Source: Antedon mediterranea
Lineage: Eukaryota > Animalia > Echinodermata
DNA length: 64,000 bases
Direction: 5' to 3'
NCBI RefSeq assembly: GCF_964355755.1
Contig: NC_092672.1
Span: forward strand, 4,464,001 to 4,528,000
Position 1 is the stretch's first letter; each line of letters begins with the position of its first letter. Below are positions 24,657 through 35,210 of this stretch, piece after piece. The notes under the pieces are model-generated. The model made no database searches, had not been told where the DNA came from, and saw only the letters and a list, made by a program, of their open reading frames with translations. A program made the translations under genes and the position numbers.

Positions 24657-25215
24657 CAACTTGAATATTGTAACACTGTTTATAATCCTATTAGAAAACG
24701 AGATCAGGATGAAATAGAGAAGGTCCAGCAAAGAGCAACAAGATTGATTCCTAGGTACCGTAATATTCCTTATGAACAACGTTTGAGAATTCTTGGTCTT
24801 CCTACCATGAGATATCGAAGGCAGAGAGCAGATATTATCCAAGTTTTTAGGATTGTTAAAGGTTTCGATAGTATTTCGATCAACACATTTTTTGAATTTG
24901 ATCTAGAATCTCGGACCCGTGGACACCCATATAAACTCAAGTTTAAAGGCTCTCGTCTTAATATTAGGAGGGACACGTTCTCCAGGAGAGTTATTCTCTT
25001 ATGGAATACTCTGCCTATGGATGTAGTTTCATGTGCTACGGTGAACTTGTTCAAAGCAAAACTTAACGTCGCATGGTCTAACAACCCGCTGAAGTTTTCA
25101 CCCTATATAGAATATGATTTTATTGCTAAGAGGGGCTTTTAAGCACTGAGTGCTTCGCCTCGATCCCGTAGACGAAAGTGTACGGGAAACAAGTAAACAA
25201 GTAAACAAGTAAACA
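24657..25215 (+). mobile_element. 5'-truncated CR1/L2-group LINE (ORF2 C-terminus plus 3' UTR)
   Basis: Open frame 24657-25142: QLEYCNTVYNPIRKRDQDEIEKVQQRATRLIP...RRQRADIIQVFRIVKG...SRTRGHPYKL...FSRRVILLWNTLP...VNLFKAKL, typical of the CR1 ORF2 tail. 3' stem-loop CCCGTAGAC-GAAA-GTGTACGGG and (AAACAAGT)n tail at 25187-25215. Confidence 0.9.
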
Positions 25216-25915
25216 TTTTTGCTTTTACGTTCTGTTTCTGCTGCAAAAAAAAACGGTTTAACAATATTATTATTAATAACCATGTGAATAAATTAACCCC
25301 AATTTTTTGGGAGTAGAAACAGGACAAATTTTCAATAACCAGTTATAGCCTGAAAACACCCAAACCAATCGATTCGGTGTTAATCAACCGGTTATAGCTG
25401 AAACGCAAAGTAACGGTCATTTGGTTGAGAGCCACTAACCGCGAGTCAATTACACTGCAGTAACGTTTGAATTGACCGCCAGTGCCCATTGCATTTTATT
25501 TAGGAGCAAAAATTTAGCAGAAATGCAGTCGATATAACAATTATATTTTTAATCTATTTTCGGCGCTATGCAAACATAACCATAAACATGATGATGTTGA
25601 TAGTACTGTACTACTATAATTAATTCTGCTCCTGTAAAAGTGTTAATATTATAATATTACAGTATGATATTATCTTTTTGTCACCCGTGACAGCAAAGAG
25701 AACTTGTACGACAATTGTCACCTGTCACCGCCATGGGTTTATGTTTATCTGTATATTGACGAAATAAATGAAATGAAAAAATGAAATATTCTCAGTACAC
25801 TCATTAAACTAGATTCTATCTTTAAATTTAATCAATAAATCCATTTAACATTTATTATTTCAGATTACGTTGCAGTCTTCATGAACCTTGGAAATTGTAC
25901 GAAATTGTTGCCATT

Positions 25916-28900
25916 ATGAGAAATTATTTAAGAAATTTAAAGTGGTTTCCTATCCCTTTAAGTGTTGGATTTGGTTACATATGTTATCAACAGTATTTCC
26001 ACATAAAGAAACGTGAACTTAGGCATGTGTATGAGGCAGAAATACCAGAAGACTTACTACTAAAAAATTGGCAAGTAAGTACAAAAAAAAAACACCAAAC
26101 AAAAAGTCATACCACTATTTATAATAGTGTTATTAAATGCTAATGGTGGAAAAATATTTCGGGTTAAGTTACCAGTATATAATGCAGCGCAAGCAGGTTG
26201 ACCAATGACAAGCTCAGTTTGAATAATCTATCAGTTGTGATTGGTCAGATCACTGGTGTTGCACTTACAGTATGTCCTTGCATTTGTCGTATTTGAATGG
26301 GAACTTTCGTTGTCAACATAAAGATTCGTTGAATACTTTTTGTATTCGATGGTAAATTTTAAACAGTTGTGCTCAACAGAAAGTCATTCGAATAGAAAAC
26401 GTTGACAATGCAGGCTTTTTCATTAAGAACATCAATCTCAACGCTCAAAATAAATAAGTACTCAACGGAAAAACTGTACTCAACGGTAAGACTTCCTATT
26501 GGATACAACAATTGCTTCACATTATTGGGAACCAGGCTTAAAGGTTTAGTGTATTTGATTGGTCCAAAGGTTTTTTTTTGTTTTTTTGCATATTAATAAA
26601 TATAAAATTACAGTACTGTAGGCTTTTAAACAGGTACGGCACGGTAATTTATTCAATTTCCTCTCATAATAAGACAAGCAACTCTATTTTAAATTGATAT
26701 ATTAAAAGGTATAGTATCCATAAACTGTATTTTAAATTCTATAAAAAAATACTTATCTTCAGGTCAGTATTTTTCCTAGCTAACTTAGCCTGAATAAGAA
26801 AAATGGTGTGATCTTTTTTTGACTGAACCATTATTAGTGTAGGTAATACATTTTTAAATAACGTTGTTTAACATCCAAATAAATTTATTTTTAGGATTTT
26901 AATGGTTAATGATTGTTTTTGGTACATTTATGAAATTGAATTAATGCTATAATTATGTTAGAACATTAGTTATGAGTAACAAATAATAAAATAAGGACAT
27001 AAAACACCCGCAATAAAAATGAACGATTCAGATAAATCGATAGAAAGTCAGTGATGCGTGTTAAGGCCTGGCATCTGTGTTTTCTCCTGATGATATGAGG
27101 AGTTGGATGGTTTTTCGTTGAATTTCTCTCCGATAAAAAGGGGATTAAAATGGAAGATTTTACGCGTTTATATGAGATATCGCACCATAATAATAACCCT
27201 AAACATGAATATGTTAGGCCAACGCGAGTTCTTTCTGATATGGGTGCTGCAGTTTCAACTTTTACTATGATATTTGTTATGTACAGCAAAAATGAATTTC
27301 AAAATCATCCTAGCCTGAATTTGACATCTTCCATGTGGGTGTTGTCCCTGGCAGCATACGTTATTTATGTTTGTGTAAACCATTTGTTTCCATCAGTTTT
27401 TAGCTTATCAGCTCAATACCTATCAGAATTAGGGCTGTGCGTATTTTGGATTCATTCCAAAAGCAAGACAGCATGTGGTTATGTTCCTGTTGGTATTCTT
27501 TTGGTGAGTAATAAATAAGCATATAAGCATTTGATTTTGCTCTCCTCCTCCCTACCGGCCGGCCGCCTAGAGAGTAGATAGAAAAGCTAGCTAGGCTAGC
27601 TTGTATATTATTTGTACTTTGCTTAGAGGCCTAGTACTGTACTGAACTCTAGCATCTATAAAGTCATACTCATGGCCTAGAAGTGGAAGGTTGTTAATGT
27701 TAGCCAGTGTAGGCAATGTTATTGTTAATGTTATGTACAATCTGAACCATTTGCGTTAATATCTTTTGAAATTGCACTTTTGATTAATTTTTATTTATTT
27801 ATGTTTTTTGTCCAATTACAATTGTTGCTTCTTCCCTTTTTTCCCATTTATCCCTTGTTCCCTTTCACTCAGTAAAAAAATCTTTTTTTTCCCACGACTG
27901 TGTTAGGATAGTTGTATACTGTCTGTATTTTTTTTGGCAACATGTATTATGTAAGAAAATGCCCTTCCTGCCTGAAATCAAACCTGCTTGGTTAGTATAG
28001 ACTTTGACCTGTCACCCTGCATACTTGACTTCACGCTGTTCCTCTTGTGTTCTTGAGTTGCGTGAAATCAAACTGATTTTATTTCATGTGGCGATGTTTG
28101 CAGCACTTTTGTGATTTATTACGCAATACATACTTTGCGTCAATACTAGATCTTCTTCTCTGATGATTTATCATTTCTTTTTGTATAATAGTAATAATAC
28201 ACAAGTCTGCATGTAAATGATACTATCAGTCTCTGAGTGCTGTACAGTATATGTACAAAACAAGGACTTAAAACACCTGGTACAAATAAAATATATACAT
28301 TTTTATTATAATTTAATTTTATACATTTTCATTGTGCCATTGGGACTAAACCGTTTTATAGGTGTTTACCAGAATATGATGACCTGTCATTAGAATAATT
28401 TATTAAATAAATACTATAATATTACATGGCACCCACTATGAATTAAGTCGTCGTGGGATGACATTTAAAAAAAAAATGAAAAAAAATATTAACATGTATA
28501 ATATAAGCTAAAAATAATTATCTTGTTTATACCCATAATTTATCAGATTGTACAGAGTAATTACATACTTAAGATGTTTATCTGGACAGTTAATATTGAT
28601 ACAATACTAACTGACTGATATGATTGTTTGTGGCCTAATGTGGTGCTACTGTACCTGTATTGAAAAGAATGAAGGATGATGGTTTTAAAGCATCCTGTAA
28701 TTTGTTGTGTTGATTTTATTGATTGTGGTTGAAAAATAAAAGATTATAATATACATCATACTGTGCTTGAATACTTGGAGCCTAGCAACTGATGATTTTA
28801 AGACCGTTTTTTTATCTCCTTTATGTAACAGTCTTATCAGGCCTTGTCTTTTAAGGCGATTGAGTGCGATCACTGACACCTAACTGCCCTTGAGGAGTGC

Positions 28901-31900
28901 GATTTACAACACGCTTAAATTTGTTTAAATAAAGTTCTACACACCAAAATACAAAAACAGCACACCTAGCATCCCTGAATGTATTGAGGAGTGCAATTTG
29001 TAGCACACCTATAATTTTCAAAAGACAAGGCCTGCTGTAATGGCCCGGTGGGCATTAAAATGTTAATTTTTCTTTTTTACTATTACTGTACAGTAGGTCT
29101 TTAACAACAAAAATTACACAAATTGATTATTATTAATTTATTTTTTTAGGTAACTTTGTATCGTACGCTGCCTCTTAGGACCGTATCGCGGTGCTGGGGA
29201 TCAGTGAACAGCTTAGAAGTGCCTGTGTTTCTAAGGAAACCAATGTATGGTTTATATAGTACTCTATTTAAAGTTAATATAGAAGAAGCTGAAAATCCAG
29301 ATCTAGCATCTTACAACCATCTACAAGCTTTCTTCACAAGAAATTTGAAGCCCAATGTCAGAGAAATTAGTAGCAAAGAGTTGGTATGTTAGTTAGTGCT
29401 AAATATTATATGAAATAAAAATGAGTAGCATTATATCAACCTGTTTACTAACATAGTATTTCAACAGTACAGTTATAAAGCCCTGTCTGCACTATCAAAA
29501 TTTATGTAACAAAAGAAATGTGATGTGCCCATATATGGACTTGATGATGTCATATCACTACCATATTTGGGCATATCATTACCATTTTTGGGCACATCAC
29601 TCTTTTTACTGTAAAGTATTAGTAGATACACTTTATTGTCAAATAAAACTGTTATTAAATATAAATTCTAGACTTGGCTCCTCATTACAATCAATTAAAA
29701 CATCCATAAAACCATTAACACAACAACAAAAAAACACAAAATAAGTTACAATTATCGAAAGGGTAAAAATATTGAATATCACAATTGTTGCTTAAAACTG
29801 ATACTGTACAAATAAAGAATTGATATATTGTTTAGAATAGTTATTTTTTATTGTCATATGTTGGTACCATTTATATTTAGTGTTTGTTTTTTTAGACAAG
29901 CCCATGTGACGGTCGTGTGCTTTACCATGGCAAGGTTGAAAACAGTCAAGTTGAACAAATAAAAGGCGTGTCATATTCCCTTAAGATGTTTTTAGGTCCA
30001 AATTCATGGAATAACAACTCGAATACTGTCAGTCATGAGGTAAGCTGTTCATAAAATTGTTAGTTATTTTGATAATTAGAATCAGAAAAATTAGATAATT
30101 ACTGTATTATTAAATTAGAAAATTATAGTGGAAAGTGCCTGATGTCTGATTTTATGATGCTTGGCTACCAATCCAAGGGTCCTGGGTTGAAGTCCTGTCA
30201 TACATGTATGTCGGGATTTTATCTAATGACAAATTACAACTCCAAGACTTGTAATAAGACTTTGTTTATGTAGAGCATCTTGTGTAGAGGAGGAAGATAG
30301 ACGGAATGTTGTAATATTTACTGTACACATGCTATATCCAATGTCTTTATGCATCTTGTGCTTATTTTCTAGGCTACAGATGAAAAGTATCATCTCTCAC
30401 TGGGAGTAAAGCCAGGGAACGAACTGTACCATGTGGTAATCTATTTAGCACCAGGAGACTACCATCAATTCCATTCACCAGCTGACTGGACAGTGGTACA
30501 TCGAAGGCACTTCCCAGGTATTGTACAACCTCTGCTGAAAACCCATCTCTTTCGAATAGCATATGAAATGACATAATTTCCACCTTGCCTTGTGGATGTA
30601 GCGCTTTGGAGAAAATTTTATTTTGGTTAAGCGCTATTCAAAAGACAATTATTATTATTATTATTAACCTCCATTTTATCCTCTTTGGATGATAATACGA
30701 TAATTTATGAACATATGATGTACATAAATTTATTTTGTGATTATTATTAGTCGACTGTACAGCTGCTACCCTTGTAAAAGTTGAATAAATAAATAAATAG
30801 CTCTCTTATTTTGTATAATATATATATTAACTATGCAATATATTGTTCCTTGTTCGCCTTATATTGAAATAAACAAACAAAGCATTGTCTTCTACAGTAT
30901 TTCCTTCCAATCCCCACAACCGATACTCACGCCCTTCGATCTGAGGCAGCTTGAGGAATTAAAAGCCTTTTAATTCCTCTCTAGCCAGCCATCAGCTTAT
31001 ATCATCAGCAATTTTTGTGATTGCCTAATGGTGTGTTGTTAATTCACTAAACAAACAGATTTAGAAACACATATATTCCATCAGCTATCAAGTTGTATAA
31101 TAGAGATTTCAAATGCTTATTACTCATGTTTCTGTTACATTTCCCTGTTTATTATTTATTTTAGTCTTGTAATATATGTTATATTTATACTAACTTGAGT
31201 GTACCTAAGGACCCATATCTCATAACTGTATATTTTTGCCGTTGTGACAATAAAGTTTTATCGTATCGTATCGTATGTCACAATCATTAATGTATGTAGA
31301 ATTTAATACCTTATTGTTATTTTTCAAGAAATGGATGAGAATAAAATTTGAATCTTGATCAATTTTCTTTCTTTTATAGGGGATTTGTTTTCAGTGAATC
31401 CCGGTGTTGCCAAAATTATCAAAGGTCTTTTTAATTACAATGAGCGTGTAGTGCTGATGGGTAACTGGAAGCATGGCCTGTTTTCAATGACGGCAGTTGG
31501 TGCAACAAACGTTGGTTCAATTGATATCAATTTTGATAAGGTATGTTTTGTTCCTGTCATTTTGATACCCCATGTGTATGGATGCATGCAATAGCAAACA
31601 TAAACCTTTTCTCTTTACCTCTGTCTACACTATCAAACTTTATGTGACAAAAAAATGTGATGTGCCCATATATGGACATGATGATGTCATGTCACTACCA
31701 TATTTAGGCATATCACAACCATATTTGGGCACATCACACTTTTTTGTCACATAAAGTTTGATAGTGTAGACAAAGCTTAAGAGGGGGAGTTGGTACTTTT
31801 TTTTAAATTTTTTTTTATAGTATTGTTTCTGAATAACAATTTATTTTGTGGGTTTTATTCTTTTCAGGATTTAAAAACTAATTGTAGAGGGCGCTATAAA

Positions 31901-32104
31901 AAAGGAGACTTCAAAGATAACTCATTTATTTCAAATACGAATGATAAATCGCAGAGTGGGGTAGGCTTAAAAAAAGGTGAAGTTTGTGGAAAGTTCAACT
32001 TAGGCTCTACAATTGTGTTAATATTTGAAGCCCCCTGTAACTTTCAATTTAATGTGAACCCTGGACAGGTAGTTAAATTAGGAGAGCAGTTGGGCAACTT
32101 ATGA
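25916..32104 (+). CDS. PISD: Phosphatidylserine decarboxylase proenzyme, mitochondrial-type isoform
   Basis: Exons 25864-26074 (first in-frame ATG 25916; frame is open to the acceptor, so the true start may be upstream), 29150-29383, 29896-30039, 30373-30517, 31380-31540, 31868-32104. Motifs [54 protein letters not shown] (LGST autocleavage site). 359 aa from 25916. Confidence 0.93.
27150..27503 (+). CDS. PISD: Candidate alternative first coding exon of PISD (118 aa, hydrophobic)
   Basis: AAAATGG start context; open for 118 codons up to the donor TTG|GTGAGT (27503/27504); phase 0 matches the acceptor at 29150 (VTLYR...). Would give a 424-aa isoform. Confidence 0.6.
28838..29034. mobile_element. 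MITE family B, perfect 15-bp TIR
   Basis: CAGGCCTTGTCTTTT ... AAAAGACAAGGCCTG; no clear target duplication seen. Confidence 0.8.
29479..29630. mobile_element. MITE family A copy
   Basis: TAA|AGCCCTGTCTGCACTATCAAA..., internal CATATCACTACCATATTTGGG units, right end decayed. Confidence 0.8.
30532..30666 (+). mobile_element. L2-type LINE 3' end fragment
   Basis: Encodes [14 protein letters not shown] (L2 ORF2 terminal motif), followed by the TAGCGCTT...AAGCGCTA hairpin and an (ATT)n tail. Confidence 0.7.
31617..31777. mobile_element. MITE family A copy, near-perfect ~45-bp TIR
   Basis: CTCTGTCTACACTATCAAACTTTATGTGACAAAAAA ... TTTTTGTCACATAAAGTTTGATAGTGTAGACAAAGCT|TAA. Confidence 0.9.
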
Positions 32105-32812
32105 TGTTGTTTTTCTACGATTATTTATAGATATTTATAGTTGAAAGTGAGGGCCCTTGTTTCTGTGGTGTTTTTAACTGTGTTCTACTTTAATTATTTC
32201 ATTACCATTGCCTAGTATTACCAATAAAACTATTCCCAATTAGTAATCCAAAAACACATCTATGTGCTACTTAACATTATAAGCATGGACCTAATTTGTA
32301 GGTTCATGGTATAAGCTTTATTTTAATTACATACTGTTAGTTCTAATGGATGTTTAATTATGATTTATGAATGTGCATTATTCTACCATTCGCTGTATCT
32401 GGTAACTCAAAATGTTGTGCGAAGCTTGTCAGCGAATATGTCAATACATACATATGTATAATAAGTGGGAAAAAAGTATTCTGTATGGAAAAAACAAATT
32501 AATTAAATGTTAAACTTTATTCATTTATAATTCATGAATATTCATGAATACAGTATGTATTCTACAACTCGTCATAGAATGTAATTATTCTTGCAAAAAA
32601 CAACAAAAGATGAATGTTCTGTTGTGTTGTGTGAAAATAGTAGGCAACCTTTTATTTTCACGACTTGGCAAGCGACTACATAGCTATTGAGTTCAACAGT
32701 CATATTCATATTGTTTCTAAACGTGTGCAGAATGAATTTTCGACTCGATAGGCACATAGTTTTTAGTAGCGGTCACCAAGTATTCTGTAGATAAGTAAAA
32801 GTATTACATTTC

Positions 32813-32948
32813 GTATGGTGCGCCATCATGAGTGTGTATGGTGCGCCATCATGAGTGTGTATGGTGCGCCATCATGAGTGTGTATGGTGCGCCATCATGA
32901 GTGTATGGTACGCCATCATGAGTGTATGGTACGCCATCATGAGTATGT
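32813..32948. repeat. 21-23-bp minisatellite, ~6 copies
   Basis: Unit GTATGGTGCGCCATCATGAGT(GT), downstream of the PISD stop. Confidence 0.9.
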
Positions 32949-35210
32949 ATGTATGTTAAAATATGTGGGTCAAACCCTTGTATTCCTATCAATGTTCATA
33001 CAATACAAATGATTATATAATAGTTTATTCTCATACCTCTGTCATTCATACATGTTTTTACATCATGTATTACAAATTATAAACACTAATTTAATTCTAC
33101 ATTTCAACACCAACATTGGTTGTATAGAGGTATAGTTCCAGATCATTGATTTCGGGTTGTTTCCTTATTCTGTGAATTTGTATTCAGCTACCTAATTTTT
33201 GTAGATAGCATAAACAATTTGATTTGTCTATTTTGTCTACAGTGTTTTGATTAAGATTTAAGAAATCTATTGGTCCACTTTAAATTTGAATCCATCACAT
33301 GACATTTGCGTTCACCATGTGTTTGAAATTTATACAGTATAAACAATCAAAATTTATATATAAAGGCTAACTTTAATTTGAAAATAATATAGTAATAATG
33401 TGTATTGTATTATTATTGATGTAATGCAAATGGCAGGTTGAAAATACTTTTCAGGATGAAATTGAATTTGAAAAATATTAAATATAGGAAAACTATTCCG
33501 AAACTTTTTTGAAAATATGATTGTATGCAGTACTGTGTATGGTTAGTAATAATATATTATGTACCGTTTAAAGAACAAGGTTGTAATAGATGCGGTCACC
33601 TCTCTTTAAAATGATAACATCACTTATTCTGATACAAGTATGTCGCCCTCTGGAGTTCTAAAGGCAACAAATTACTAATGATGCTTAAATTGACAGATTT
33701 AAATGTTGGAAATTGAGAAGTGACATTTTTTTTCGGAAATAAAATATAAATATTTACATACAAATGATTTGTCGTGTACTTTAATTGTTTAAACATTTGA
33801 TTATAAACTCAATGATCACATCAGTATATACAAAATCAGAAAATACAACATCTTTAAGCAAATTTACTTCTGGTGAATAAACAGTCTACATTTTTCACGC
33901 TGCTGCTCTAGCCCGCTACGTCCCATTAGGTCTACTCAATCAGAAGCTAAAGCAAGCAGCAGTTATAGTTCTAAGGACAGACAGTTTTGTGAAAATGGAA
34001 ACTCCACTATGATTTACTATTGATTCCAGCTCTACAGTAGACCCGAAAAACGTCTGGGAAAGAGTCTATTAGGACATGTCATGCTAAAATTACAAATCCC
34101 TAAGCATTTCTGGTATATTCACTGTCAGATATTCATTGAATTATTATCGAAACAGTCCATTAAAGTTTGTGTTTGTAATAGGATACTTCACAATTGAAAT
34201 ATCTAGGGTGATGAAGTGACCCCCAGATTTGACCTTAGCAATAAAATTAACTAAAGTGACAGAAATTGAGTATTCACTTTTGTTACAAAATAATAATATT
34301 TATTCACATATAAAAAAAGAAAAGAAACCCAAAAACCATTGTCTGACAGACAATTTAAGTATTTGTTGCTTTAAATTACATTTTTTCAGGTAAAATAACT
34401 ATTATGTGACAATAAAATGACACATTCAAAAACATTTGAAATAAAAAATATTTTTCAATAAGCGAGCAGCGTTTTTTGTAAGAAATATTTCTTGTTTAAT
34501 TTTCTATTAAACCACTTTAAAGATTTTGGTTTGTTTCAGGTAAATTATAAAAATACCTTATATAATAAAATAAAGGATTGTATTGTAATGAATTAGATTT
34601 GTTCTACTTTTTGGTGAGCTGTTTAACTATGTTATTATATTATGTTTTGTCTTTTTATAAATTTCTCTTATTTGTCGAAATAAGTGAAATTTATTGGAAA
34701 AAATTATAAAAGTGCCAAAAAAGGTTTCCTTATATTTTTAGAGGGCAGTAGACTTTTTTATTTGAAGGTATGTCTGGCATACCATATTGGTCTTCGGATC
34801 AGTATCTTTTTTTCAGACGTTACTTTTGTTTATCAATCAACTTGGGGATTCTTGTTTTAGAAAAAGGAAGTAACCAGATAAGAAAATAAGGCGTATTCCT
34901 CACATTTTACGCCTCAAGCTTCTTGAAAAAGATGTCGAACGTAATAGTCTCGCTTGGTACAGACACCAGCTCTACACCTATTCGAGTTATTAAATTCCAT
35001 CTAATTTCTGACTAATCTTCTACTTTTATTCTCAAATAACCATCTTCAGAAAACATATTTTTTATTTAGTTTATAGAAAGTTGATATTATGCTGAAAATA
35101 GCCCGTAACGTTATTTTATCATAAAACACGGATGGAACATATATGAAGTCCAATTCGGTATGCCAAATAACTTTCCACTATTTTTCGATACGTTTGTTTG
35201 GGTTATAAAA

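Noticed and set aside
24744-25142. 132-aa ORF as a host gene
   Set aside because: It is the C-terminal tail of a CR1-type LINE ORF2, 5'-truncated, and its start codon is TTG.
5856-32104. Operon-like metabolic cluster (lipid, glycolysis and mitochondrial genes co-oriented)
   Set aside because: Each gene has its own poly(A) signal and promoter-like region, and five co-oriented genes can occur by chance.
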